A DNA stretch of 64,000 bases, from the NCBI RefSeq assembly GCF_009834535.1, contig NC_045697.1, forward strand, positions 118,546,001-118,610,000, read 5' to 3'. Positions 25,281 to 37,715 of this stretch are shown piece by piece. The DNA is from Camelus ferus (taxonomy: Eukaryota). Every line of letters begins with the position of its first letter. Position 1 is the first letter of the stretch. Both the position numbers and the translations under genes were made by a program. The notes under the pieces are model-generated. The model saw only the letters and a program-made list of their open reading frames with translations, had not been told where the DNA came from and did not search any database.

Positions 25281-25579
25281 TCAAAAAAGTATGAGGGGAG
25301 TGACGCTTCCTAATGTCATGTTACTGAGAAATGCCATCCCAGGATTCAGCGTATTACCCATAAAGCTGTCCAGAGAAAGAATTCCCTTTAGTATTTGTAC
25401 AACGTCTCACGGGATTCTGAACTTGCTCTGACTTGACGAACCATTTCGACTCAGGTACGAGTGGAGAGGGTGACAAAGGGAAACAGGTAAAGAGACAGCA
25501 AGTATCTCTGATTCAGGAACCGGTTTACCAAGTCTGATGGGAAAACTAAGGCCAGGGTTGCAGGACATCAGAGGGTCGC

Positions 25580-26720
25580 GGGATCCTGATCAAAGCAGAC
25601 TCTTCGGTCTGTGGTTACAGGTTTAATTTCATTCTGGTGGCAATGGGACGCCATTGGAGGGCTATTACTGCGGGGTTGACGAGATCTGACATCCTTTAGG
25701 AAGCTCCCCTGGCTCTTGGGTGGAGGGTGAACGGCGGGGACGAGGCTTCTGAGGAAGCAAGCGGGGCTCAGACTGAGGTGAGGCTGAGAGGCTTAGGCTG
25801 GAGAGCGAAGGGTGGCTTGGGTGTGGCACCGAGGGAGGTGGGAAAAGCTGCATGCAGGGTATCAGTTGTAAGTGGAGGGGGTTGGACGTGACATGGAGGA
25901 AGGGATGATGGCGCCGAGGTTTACCGTCTGAGACTGATGCTGGAGACGGATGAAGTTTGGCTGGTGGGAAGTAGATTCTGTCAGGGTGAGTGTGGGAATC
26001 ACTTGTTCTAACATGGTCACATTGATTGTAACTCATCAATTAGTCACCAGAGCACAAGGACAGAACAGAAAATATGAGTCTGAAACTCAGTGGAGAATTA
26101 CAGAATGGGCTAGAGATAAAAACTGAACCATCGAAAAGTTAGGACCCAGGTAGAACAGGGACTGAGCTCTCGACAGCACAACCTTCAAAGGTCTAGTGTG
26201 GACAGAGAACCAACAGGAGACACCGAGAAGGTGCAGCCACGGGGTAACTAGGAAACCAGGTGAAGTGGTCACGAAAGCCCAGAGAAGAAAATGTTTGCAG
26301 GAGGGAACTTCACATCAAGTCAACAGATTCCGAGATGCTGAGGAAGATGGGAACAGAGAACTGCCCAGATTTCAGCAAGGAACATGGATGATCCTGGTAG
26401 GAACCATGTCAGTGAAGTGTAGGGACCTCCGAGTGGGGTGCACAGAAGAGGGAATGAGGGTGAGCAAGGAGAAGCACTGAGCGTAGACAAACCTTAGAAG
26501 GAGTTTTGCTGGGAAAGGAGTGGGCACATAGGGAGATGCCTGAGACAGAGTTGGAGACAAGGAAGACACCGTCTTTAAGGAGGTGTAATAGTCAGATGCG
26601 TCCGTAGTTTGATGGGAATAATCATTTCATTGGAGAAACTGGTCATGGAGAAGGCTGATACTTTCAAGAGAACAGGTTTTCAAGGAGGTGAGAGGAAATG
26701 GTACTTGGAGCAAAACCAGG
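25580..26720 (-). mobile_element. Degenerate L2 fragment
   Basis: Purine-rich ggcaatgggacgccattggaggg...gagatgctgaggaagatgggaacagagaactgccc, typical of antisense L2. Confidence 0.5.
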
Positions 26721-27442
26721 GGGCCGCAGCCCCCGTAACAGGTACCAGGACCTAAGACAGTGCAGGCAGCTCTGTCTATGGGATCTGAGGGTGAAGGTGG
26801 CGTGGTTCTTAGCAGATGGTAATCTCTTTTTGCTGAGGAATAGAAAGTGAGATCTTCAACTTACAGTCGGGGCCGGACAGGAAAGGACAGGAAAGGTGGT
26901 TGGGGCTTTAATGAGAAAGAAGATGCTCTAGGACTGTCACCTCTGAGAACAGAAAGGTGAACTTGCCTGAGGTAAGTCAGTGACCATATCGATCTGGAAC
27001 AGTTTTTTTGCCCTTCAAGGATTTCCATGACAGTTGGATTTTTAAAACCAAAGTTTCCACAGCAGGCACCTGAATTAAGGGCATTCTTGTGGGGGACCAC
27101 GCCCTCTAACGGGTGGGTGCTAACTCTGGGAAGTGAGTGCCAGAGTTGTACTGCAGGACACCTGTCCGGGCAGTGTGAGAAGTAACACTCCTTGAAACGG
27201 GGAAGGCAGGATGCGCATCAGGGGTCACAGCCTGGCGACAGACACCTCAGGAGAGGCGTTCTCCCGAGGCAAATGAATAGTTGACAGAAGGTTAAAGCCA
27301 GGATGATAAGAGTTACTGCTTCTCTTTTCCTTTAAGGTTACCTAAGCGAGAGGAAGGTACGAAGAGTGAAACAAACCGATGGGACAGGGACAAGCGGAGG
27401 TAAATGAGATGAGCAGACCTCGGGCGCTGGGGGCTGCAGTAC

Positions 27443-27597
27443 CTGTACGTGGTGGGGCTCACGTTGATTTTCCGCGGCACACTGCACGACTCGAATTTGT
27501 TCGCCAAGGTGACATTGTTCCCGAAGAGACAGTAACGGGGCATTTTAACCCCAACAACTCCAGCAAAAACTGACCCGGAATGCAGTCCAATTCGCAT
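27443..27597 (-). CDS. GUCY1A1: GUCY1A1 coding exon 7 ([37 protein letters not shown]...SPTTY-R)
   Basis: Guanylate cyclase signature [13 protein letters not shown]. The [11 protein letters not shown] form is typical of alpha subunits. Acceptor tttgctttcag, donor CAG|GTACTG. 155 nt. Confidence 0.97.
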
Positions 27598-28697
27598 CTG
27601 AAAGCAAAAAAGGAGCACAGTGTTCCTGGTCACTGGTAACACAACGCCCCCTCGTCGCAGCTGTGTGAGTGCCCTGTCTGACTGACTGACTCCTCGCTCG
27701 CACCTCCGCTCCTCCTCACTTCCGATCAGCAGCGACTAGTGAGGGTCAGTCACACCTGTAACCCTTCTCCATGTATGTCCTTAGGGCTGTTACCCAGGGC
27801 AGCTTTCTCTCCACTGTCTTCAGCATCTGAACCAAAATCCCACACACCCATCACAGTCACCATAGCAACCAGACACCGCGTCCATGGACCGTTTCTGTAA
27901 ACTCTTCTGTTCCTCAGGTGAGGGAGACAAGACTTCTGGAGCCCAGAAGTTATTCCTGAAACACTGTCAGAGGCGGGTAACGAGCTAGCTCTGGGGATAC
28001 AGAGAATGGGGCTCTTAGGTATCTTGCTTTCAAAGAACTTTATGCCAAACTTCCTCCCTATTTAAATGACCAACAAGCGGAGAAAGCGTATTGTAATATT
28101 TCAGGAAGCAGCAGAAAGCTGGGGTTGCCGAGGCCTGGCCTTCAGTGACTGTGTACATGTGAGCTAAGAAAGTCCAGACCCACGGAAAGCACAGTCGGGC
28201 CGGGTCTGGGTGCGAGAGGCAGCCAGGATACACTGCGGTGTAGGGATCCTGGAAGTTATCAACGATCTGCAGAGCAATCAAGGCGGACTGTTTTCAACCG
28301 GGATCTCCTAGAAGATCTGAGCGCTTGAGGATCCCAGAGGATGCACTAGCTGCTAAATTCCTGCTACAACAAAGCAAGTGAAAGCGGGACGTTTTAAACA
28401 ACAATCGGACACCATGTGCATTATTTCCGAGTTCCATGTTCAGTTGACCATTTTTTTAAAGTCTTATTAGAGATGCGTATTTTGAACAAAGGCTAAGTAC
28501 TCAGGAGCTTAGATATAATTTAGAAATCCGAAAACTGCAGTCTCCTTAGTTTTTCAGTTGATTTCAGAGCTCTTCTAGAAACTTTTGAGAATCATTTGCT
28601 TGTAACATGTCAAATCATGAATTCTGCGAAACTTTCCAACAGAAGCACTAGGCAGTGAATCAGGAGAGTTGTATTAGGAATAACCAGCAGTCTGCCT

Positions 28698-28960
28698 TTT
28701 TTTAAGTGGAAGTACACTTGACTTACAATGTTATATGAGTTTCAGGTGTACAGCATAGCTATTCAATAGTTTATATTCTGTACTCCACCTACAGTCCTTA
28801 TAGAACATTAGCTATTTCCTGTGCTGTGCATCACATCCCTGTAACTTACTTATATTTCATACCTAGTGGTTTGGGCCTCTTACCCGCCTACCCCAACTTC
28901 TCCCCCGTCACCCCTTCCCTCTGGCGGGCACTGACTTGTTCTCTGCATCTGTGAGTCTGA
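28698..28960 (-). mobile_element. L1 3' end fragment
   Basis: ttgacttacaatgttatatgagtttcaggtgtacagcatag...ttctctgcatctgtgagtctg. Confidence 0.75.
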
Positions 28961-30137
28961 CTGTCTGTACGTTCCTTCATTTCCCTAGCGCTCTTTCCTC
29001 GTCTATAAAGCGCAGGATTGGATAATTTCCATCTCCCTCCTTCACCAAAGCTTTACGCCAAGCACAAAAACACAGCTGTTTTATGACATCTGGCTTCTTC
29101 CTTAGGAGAATATGGTTTTACATGTAAACAATACAACAAACAATAGAAACAAATGAACAAGAATGATGACCCGAGGCTGTCTTCTGCTTATAAACATCTG
29201 GCACAATTTTAGATTTTACTCTCTTTGGCACCAGCTTCTCTCTTCACACTTAGCTATTCCACCTTTGAATTTGACAAATTTGTCATAAAATTTTAATGTT
29301 TCTACTGCATGATTAATATAGAAATACATCCTCCTTGTAAACATATGAACAACAATGCAGATAAAGCCAGTGCCCCTCTGGTTCCTCTCATCCCCACCCC
29401 GCCATCCTTTCCCAGTCTTGAGGTTCACTCTCAACTCAAAGTGTTCTTGTCAGGGAACCATTCAGATTTACAAGCATGAAAATGGTACAACGTTTAAGAT
29501 ACACATCATGCCTCGAATGGACACTTGCTGGGAGTACCTCCCACTTGGGGGCCACTTTCGACGTAACCCCCTCCTCATGGCAGGCTTTAGGGAACGGGAG
29601 GAGGGCCCCGAGTGCCTTTCCAAGCTCCCTGACTCGCTCTGCTGTCCTCGCCCCCTGGTCTCCAGCACGAGTCCCCCCGGGGGTTTCTAAGCCTCAGGGG
29701 GGATGTGAGTGAGGGATCAGCCGGAGTAAGTGGGCAGATGGTCTGTACAGATGACAGGCTGGGAAACCAGAGTTTGAAAAGAAAAAACGGAAATATTTCC
29801 TAGTCTTTCACCTTGACTCCATTCCATGGGGCAGGAGGGTAAAAAGTAGTGAAAGGCTGGGCTTTGAACCTGGAAACACACGGCCCCAAGTCTGGATTCA
29901 GGAGGGACGTGGCTACTCTCGTCTGAACTGTGGGTTCCTCTTTTAATGTTGTTATAAAGATTTTAAAGAAGACAACATTTAAGTCACAATCTGCTCCCCA
30001 CAATACACATTAGTGTTTCTCTCTCTCCTAAAAGTACTCTGCACTTCTGTCTCTGTGACATGTCAGGGACAGCCCCCTAAGGATCTCAGAGATGCCCTAG
30101 GACTGCAGGGCAGAACAAATAAAAAGGTGTATTTAGT

Positions 30138-30295
30138 GGGGAAAGGGTATAGCTCAAGTGGTAGAGCGCATGCTTAGCATGCACAAGGTCCTGGGTTCAA
30201 TCCCCAGTACTCCCTCTAAAAATACACTTAATTTTACCTGCCCCCCCCCGACAAAATAAAATAATTAAATAATATGACAATAAATAAAAATTTTA
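30138..30295 (+). mobile_element. tRNA-derived SINE (Vic-1-like)
   Basis: gggtatagctcaagtggtagagcgcatgcttagcatgcacaaggtcctgggttcaatccccagtac, then a C-run and A-rich tail. Confidence 0.9.
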
Positions 30296-30669
30296 AAAAG
30301 GTATGTTTAACGTCTCCCTTTACAGGTCAGTAAAGCTGAACTATTATCACCCAGGTAATTATCTCGGAAACTCGCTATGAATAATTCTTGCAATTGCCAA
30401 ACTCTAAAAGTACATTTCTGCAAACATCAAAAATCATGTCACTAATCCCCCTGCCCCAAACGTACACATCTTAGTAACGAAACCCATTTATGTGGAAATC
30501 CCTGGCTTGATTCTTAATCTGGATACTTTAAGCATTTACTTTGATGTTATGAGTCTCCTCACCAAAAAACAAACAAACGAACACAATTCTCCTCTAAAAA
30601 AATTACAGAAATTAAGCATCTGGACAAGTCAGATGCTGTGATGCTTTTAAAACAGTTGAGAATTATTTC

Positions 30670-31095
30670 ACACTCTTCCTGTTGGGCAAGTGTGTGACTG
30701 CTCTGACCAACAGAATATAATGGACGTGTCACTGGGTATCTCCTAGGCGAGGTCATAAAAGATCGTGTGGCTGACACCAACCTGGTTCCCTGGGACGTGA
30801 GTCACCAGGTAAGGAGTGTGACTGCTCTGAGGTTGCAGGGCCTGAGCACACGTGTAAGGACCTAGGCCGACAGTCCAGCTGAGCCCGTCCTCAGCCACCC
30901 CTAGCTCTGGCCCCAGGCAGGTGAGTGAAGCAGGCACCTTGGAAGGGGTCCCTGGTCCAAGGGGTACCATCCAGCCATGCCACATGGCCTCACCCATCTG
31001 ACTGCTGTCAGCCCGGGTACCAGGTCTCGTGAGGAATGAAAAGGCATCCCCGCTGGGCTTCATCCAAATTCCAAAGCACAGAATCAGTGCACAGT
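30670..31095 (+). mobile_element. MaLR LTR (older MLT1 subfamily)
   Basis: gtgactgctctgaccaacagaata...ggtcataaaag...ccaaattcc...cacagaatc motifs. Confidence 0.55.
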
Positions 31096-31509
31096 GATAG
31101 GCCTGCGGTCGCAGACCTCGAAATGCAGGGGAGTGTGTCACACATCAGCACACAGTGGGACGACAGCTGACTTAGAAACCAGTCCTGAAGGCTCAAACAC
31201 GTGGCTTCTACTAACACTGGAGAGCACCAGGACTAAACGTCTCATTTTCCCTTCTTCTCTATGTTTTACAGCACCCCAGATAGGATTCCACATCACTCCC
31301 AAGGCCCATTTCTGAAGGTTTATCAATAGAGGCTACGCTATAAAAATTAAGTGGCAGATTCACTACATGTGGGACGGATCGAAATACTCTGCACATGTAA
31401 TACCTAGCAGACCAACGGCCGGCATGTGAGTTTGACTTTCTCGTCTGCAGGAGACACCATTATTCTGGGATCCGGCTCATCTAGAAATTGCGGAATTTTA
31501 TGTGCCCTA

Positions 31510-32095
31510 GAAAACACTGGGTTAGCAGTCACCTCTGTCCTACTGTGATTCCTCCCCTGCTGGGATTGGAAAACTAAAAACTACATTTTCCCAACTCCCT
31601 CGAGGCTGCTGCATGTACTCAGGGTTGGAGACTCAGATACCCTGTGTGATATCTGGGAGCTAGATTTCTGCCGTGCCTGCCCTTCCGCTGGTTACACATG
31701 TGAGCCCAGCTGCGGAAGCCTCTGGGTTTTCTCTCGCAAGCTTAGAGGCAGCCCATACTCCAGTCACTCATCTTGTGAGAGTCATGATGCAGGATCTCTG
31801 TGTTGCTGGTTGAAATCATAGGAGAGGCCCTTCTGTCCTGGAAACCAGCAGCACAGACAGCAACCTTCTGAGCACAAGGGTTTCCCTACTGTGGCTGTGG
31901 AGCTGTGGAGCCAGCTACCAGATCACAGAGAAAGCAGTGGTTCTGAAGTGTCACTCTGGGACCCATTTTTTGAGCGAGCGAGGTGTAGACAGACTCTTGG
32001 TCCTCTCCGCGATTCTGTAAGCCACTAAATACCACGTGGTAAACACCTTCCTGCTTGACCTAGCCGGAGACGCTGCTCTCTGCCACCAAGCCCGC
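31510..32095 (+). mobile_element. Ancient ERVL-type LTR remnant (LTR16/LTR33-like, uncertain)
   Basis: aaactacattttcccaactccct...aaacaccttcctgcttgacctagc motifs, recalled. Confidence 0.4.
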
Positions 32096-32163
32096 GCTGG
32101 GCACCGCCCATCTGATCACTGACCAACCACGTGGACTCTCACGACAGGACGAGGCTGCCTCAC

Positions 32164-32307
32164 CTTGATGGGCTCCCCGTGGGGCGACATGACTTCGTCA
32201 GAGAGCTCCATCATCTTCAGGGCCATCAGCGCGATCTGGACGGCGTGAGTGTCGCTTTCTTTGTGTAACCCCCCAGCCACACAGTACGCGTCGCCAATGG
32301 TCTCCAC
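32164..32307 (-). CDS. GUCY1A1: GUCY1A1 coding exon 6 ([15 protein letters not shown]...MSPHGEPIK)
   Basis: Class III cyclase motif VETIGDAY with the second metal-binding Asp. Acceptor tgtgcag, donor AAG|GTGAGG. 144 nt. Confidence 0.97.
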
Positions 32308-33149
32308 CTGCACATGAGAGATTTTCCACGTTAAAACAGGCACTTGGGAAGCACCACCGTGCACATCAGAGAGCGGGCACTCAGAAGCACACAGCAGAAA
32401 TCTCAGGGTTCGGGCCAATGGAACATCAGAGTAAATCATATCCTCCAAGAACAGGCTTTCCTCTTCAGGAAAGTCACAGGTCTCTGAGCCTTGCATCATG
32501 GGCTGCGCTGAGAGGGACCACAGCCCCATGAACTCAGGATCAGGAGGGGTTCCAGCTCCCAGACCTGCCACTCACTCACCATGCCATTTCACCTTTCTTT
32601 CCCCGCCATGTAAAATGGCTTTGTAGAAACAAATGATGTACTTTGGATTAATAATAAATTGCTTAAAGTTATTGGATGATTTTACAGCATCTCAGCATAA
32701 AATACAGTGTTTTGAACAAAGCCACTACTCAGTCAATGTCAGATAAATTTAGTAAAGATGTGCAAGGTTAACAAGGTTAGAGGTTTTCAAAAGGATTTTG
32801 GGGGGTCCTCACAGCCATGATAAATTGTTTACATGAGTATTAATCACAAAGTATGGAAACCAAAATGTCAAACCAGGAGGCAGAAACCATGGTGTTTGGA
32901 AAGCTACTGGAAGTCAAGCTGTTACACAAATTCATGTACATTAGTATTATGTCATGTTACCAGCGATTTTTATCTGGGACTCTAAGTACAAAGCTAATGG
33001 TTAATTTAAACCCACAAATAGGCCACCGAATAGTGACAGGTGAGATTTTCTTCCCCTCTAAATATTTACTGTAACTTATCAGATCATATCGCCACTCTTA
33101 TCCTAAGCCCCCAGTATGGAAAGATGGAGGTGAGAAAGGGAGGCTAAGT

Positions 33150-33665
33150 TGGCGATTCCCTATTTCACTTGGAATAAATGCTGCAGCCGTTAAAATGCCC
33201 TGAAGTTCTTGCCCGCCTTTCTGCTGCTCCCTGACTCGGCCTCCTGATCCTCCCTCTTGTTCCCTCTGTCCCAGCATCTCTGATTGTCCCTCAAACGTAC
33301 CACACGTGCCCCCACCTGCTCTCCCCTCCCTCTGCCGGGAGCACCCCTCCTGGTCCCTCACTTCCCCAGGCCAACGGCGTCTGTGAACAGTGCTCGCCCC
33401 TGACCTTCCGCTGTCTCCCCCGACACCTGCCCCATTTCCCCGCCAGAGCAGCCCAGCGACGGGAACACTGTAACCTTACACACTTGTTCTCTGTCCTTCT
33501 TTGCCCCGTGAAGCGCAAGCTCTCTGCTTATCACCTCCTGTCTCCCCCGTGCCCAGAACAGCCACCCATGGAGGAACCAGGCAGCAGTGCCTCCAGAAGC
33601 TTTTCCTCCAGTGCAGACGGAAGGAGCGCTCAGCACAACAGCTGACACATCACAGGTGCTCAGTG
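33150..33665 (+). mobile_element. Degenerate L2 3' fragment
   Basis: Pyrimidine-rich body ending ...cagcacaacagctgacacatcacaggtgctca. Confidence 0.5.
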
Positions 33666-35216
33666 GGTGGAACTAGTCAGGAGAGGGGCGCCCTCACCCC
33701 TCCGTGGTGCTGGGAGTCTGTTCCCTGTGCTGCTGTACCCCCCCACACACACCGGAGAGGAATCGCATGTCCACCATGTCACAGGAAACTGTCCTGTGCC
33801 CCTATCCAGGTGCCGCCCCTCCCCTGACATGTGGACATGTGAACCCCCCTCACAGGGACTGTACCCACCATGTGGGCAAATGCTGGACGACCGGTAGGTA
33901 TTTGCTAAAACAACAGATATGTAAATACGGAAATAAGCAGAAAAAATGACCAAAAGATTGAAAGACAGAAAAAAAAATGAAACGGAACAAAGTCCCGGTA
34001 CCACCAGGTACTGGAAGAAACAAGAAACTGACTGCTCCTGGAAGCCATCACCCCCACAGGTCAGCCTATGGTGAACATTCCTTGTATCTTGAGTTTGCTT
34101 ATTCCAAGGTCAAGACCCATCCTTGTTTACCTACAACCGCTCCAGGTGTTCTGCAAAGTCAGAGAGCAGAGGAGGTGAGATGCGGACAGACAGACGCACC
34201 CGCTCCGGATGCCGAGCCAACCAGCGGATTCTGGGGCTTCCAGCCTTGCAGCAAGGACAGATTCCAAACACTTGAGAGGAATGACCGCGTTTTTTAAAGT
34301 GTCAGCAAGGTGAAACTTCTAGAAGTGGCTGCTTGTGCTGGCAATCATAGCAGTCTGCCAAAGACAGTAAGACTTCCTAACCACAGTTCCCAGAGAGGAG
34401 ACATCCTCAAGGCGTAAACTGTCTACAGATAAATACAGCAAATTCCACAAGAGGCCACCAAGCTGAACCTAACTGAAGCCAATTATTTTATCTGTAATTA
34501 TACAAGGCCCTCTTTTTTTTCCCCCCAAGGGAATCATAGCTCTGCCTGGAATTTCCTGTTAGAAATTTTTAAAAAGGAAAGTTTTACTTTGAGCATCTAG
34601 ATTGGGGCTTATATATTCCCATAAATAATTTTTGTTTGTTCTTCAATAATCTATTTATTTCATGTTGGCTTAAGCTCTGAAATGCCAGATTTTTATGTGG
34701 CCAATTAAAAGATGATTCAAACCACATATATGAGAAGCATGCTTTATTCTCAACACCAATATTGAGAATAATGCAAAATACTTTTAAATCAGTAAAAAAA
34801 AAAAAAAAAAGTTTCACTTCTAAAGAAACAGGAAGAACATGAGATCTCTTCATTAGCTCTCTGTACATCCCAAGTGCCTAGAATGATGGCTGGTACCTCG
34901 AAGGCACTCAACAAACCCTGCTGACTGATGGACCACAGATACAAATTCTGTGGGTGTATATTATTTTCTCTGCTCTAGAAATGAGAAAGGTTACTTAACG
35001 TTCTCCACTGACAAGGCAAGTAAGGTAGAAGAAATGATTTGAAGACAGACCTCCCTGTCCCGATGTCTCTGCCCTTGGCCTCTGTACAAGAACACCTTAA
35101 GCAGGTGGCCTGGTGTCTGTTACTGGCCATGAAAAGTATCACACTGACTCTGTACTGAATTCACTTGGCACAAGGCAATTTGTATACTCCTCACACTCCT
35201 TTGCTTTTACAGATGA

Positions 35217-35345
35217 GGGAGGGTAGAGCTCAGTGGCAGAGCACCTGCCTATCAGGCACAAGGTCCTGGGTTCAATCCCCGGTACCTCCATTAAATAAAT
35301 AAACAAACCTAATTACCTCCCCCCTCCAATAAACAAAACCAAACA
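35217..35345 (+). mobile_element. tRNA-derived SINE (Vic-1-like)
   Basis: gggagggtagagctcagtggcagagc...ggtcctgggttcaatccccggtacctcc plus aaataaataaacaaacctaattacctcccc tail. Confidence 0.88.
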
Positions 35346-35489
35346 TTCAGATGGAAGGATACATCCTCCCCAGACGAGTTACACTTTGGTCCGTCTCATG
35401 CTGAATCTACTCAGTGTTCATGGTCAAGTGTCAGTTCACTGACTTCGAAACGCCCCTTTTCCCCGGGGCCCCACCCCCACCCACTTACT

Positions 35490-36200
35490 CTCTGGGGAGG
35501 GCGCGGTGGCGGTCCTTGCACGGAATCATCGGTTTCTGCACAGATTCCGAGCGATTCCAGGCTGGACAGCGGGCAGCCACGCGCTGAGGTCGCGACGGCC
35601 CGCCCCCCACCCAGACCTGACAGGGCGCGCGGGCGGGGAAAGCGGCTCCCCCGCCCAGGGAAGACTCCCTCCCCCGCTACCTTGTAGACGTCCAGCTCCC
35701 CGCACTGCCGGTCGAAGCGCGTGTAGAGCGCGTTGAGCATGGTGATGACCTGCAGCGGCGAGCACTGGGAGCAGATGGCCGTGAAGCCCACGATGTCCGA
35801 GAAGAGCATGGTGACGTCGCTGAACTTCTTGGCCTGCACCACCTGGCCCTGCCACAGCTGCTGCGCCACCTCGCCGGGGAAGATGGAGCAGAGCAGGTCC
35901 ACCGTCTTCCTCTTCTCCTCCTCCAGCGCCTGGTGTGCCTGCTCCAGCGTGGCCTTCAGCTTGCCCAGCCGCTTCTTCAGGCCGTCCTGCGCGCGCGCCT
36001 GCTCCCCGATCAGGACCACGTCCCTCAACGCGTTGTGGATCGGGATGTCCGACAGGTAGAGCCCGCGCCCCGTGAAGTCCTCCAGCCGGTCCACGCAGGG
36101 CGACCCCAGGAACAGGACGGCGCTGGACTCCACCACGTAGATCATCTGGCCCTTGAGGTCCATGACCTGTGGAGCCAAGGAGAACCGCGTGGCGGTTTAT
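35490..36200. promoter_or_regulatory. Intragenic CpG-island-like segment over coding exon 5 and its donor
   Basis: Dense CpG and high GC with abrupt return to AT-rich intron on both sides. Confidence 0.7.
35681..36166 (-). CDS. GUCY1A1: GUCY1A1 coding exon 5 (PAS end, coiled coil, start of cyclase domain; VMDLKGQM...[17 protein letters not shown]...[12 protein letters not shown]...ELDVYK)
   Basis: Lies within ORF 35411..36178. Acceptor ctccacag, donor AAG|GTAGCG. 486 nt. Contains the first metal-binding Asp motif FSDIVGF. Confidence 0.97.
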
Positions 36201-36649
36201 TCAGGTCTCCAGCACCTTCTGGAGACAAAGTGAGGACGTGGATACAGAGATAATCCCTTAGTTTTTCAGCTTAATGTTTTTCTACTTGCTGCCAGCAAAT
36301 GATACACTTTCTCACAATGTAATTTACTATGCGTTCTAAGATGCACGCAGACACTTGGAGAATATTTAGGGATAAACTCTACATGGAAATCATAATTTTC
36401 CATCAGCAATGCAAAAAATACTTGCTTCGGGCCTTCTCACTACGAGGCAGGCTGATGCTTCCGTTTCTACAGCTGCAGAAGGGGCTGCCCCAAGGGAGCC
36501 CCAAGCCAGGGGAGGGTTCATGCGATCACCCAGCATCACAAGGTCTACTCGTGTGAGTGGGACAGACCTGCGCGTGTGTGTTTACCACAGCAAAGGGTTG
36601 ACAGCCGCCCAGACGTCCTTCCACAGTGGGCAGTTAAATAAAGTGAAGG

Positions 36650-36812
36650 ACAGGGAACTATACTCAGTTTCTTGTAATAACATGTAATGGAAAAGAATCT
36701 GAAAAGAAAATATACGTATGTATGTATATGTGTAACTGAATCACTTTGCTGTACACCTGAAACTAACACTGTAAATCAACTACACTTCAATAAAAAATAA
36801 AATAAAATAAAA
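36650..36812 (+). mobile_element. L1 3' tail
   Basis: acagggaactatactcag...gaatcactttgctgtacacctgaaactaacactgtaaatcaactacacttcaataaaa. Confidence 0.8.
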
Positions 36813-37715
36813 TGGAAGACAACGGTACAATGAGATATTACCCAGCCCTGGAAAAAAGTGAAACAGATGGGGATATAATGGCATGGAAAGATGCTCAAAA
36901 TATACTGTTTAGTGATTTAAAAAAATAAGTTGCAAATAGTACTTTTTGTTTCAAACAGAAATGTATATAATTAATGCTTTTTGATTTTGCAATAAACACC
37001 TTTAAATATTACCTATTTTTTAAACACTTGGCTATATTATTTTTATGATAAAAAAAGCAGCAAAGCTGTCTTCCTGTGGGAACAGACAGTGTGTCTGCCA
37101 GGTTACGCGTGTCTAAAAGCCAGATGTGTCCTGAGCCTCTCTGTGAGCTCTGCCTGTACCGTCAGCTACCACTTCACAAACGTCCTTTCTAAATAATCAC
37201 CGTGGTTCTCTATCATGAGATGTAAGCAAAGCAGTTTTTCCCACATTTTCTAACAATTAATGCAATACATTATTATTGATTTTTTTCCATGTCTATTAAA
37301 TACTGATTTAAAATCCATTTGGCTGCCTTCTGTAAGAAAGAAGCCGTTTTTGTTGGCTGTCGAAAAATACCTCTTATTATTCTAAATTAAGTCAGCTACT
37401 TGTGATGATTGAAAATGTATTTTATATAAACACGTTTCTACTTCAGTTATAAAATACTCCATAAGGATTTTAAAAGCTAGACTGCATGCGACGTGCATCT
37501 GTGAAGTGAGGGGTTAGGTAAGCAAGAAATGAATGCAGCAAGATCTTATTTTCAACTGATTCCATCCAGCCTGAAAAGTATTTGAGAATCATTCTAAACA
37601 GAAATGTTTAATTGACATCTGAAGCGAAGCATCTCTTTTTTACCTTTTTCGCTTCCTATACTTTAAAGGTGAAATCGCTGATTTCGTATTAGCAGCAGTA
37701 TTAGGTTCTCCTTAC

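Noticed and set aside
30138..30215. tRNA gene (also at 19484, 23901, 35217 and 42800)
   Set aside because: The tRNA-like heads are followed by a shared SINE body and A-rich tail, and the copies are diverged. These are SINEs.
35506..36253. Overlapping antisense and alternate-frame ORFs over exon 5 (similarly 37771-38354 and 49375-50132)
   Set aside because: Shadow ORFs expected from extreme GC3, which removes stop codons from other frames. No recognisable protein.
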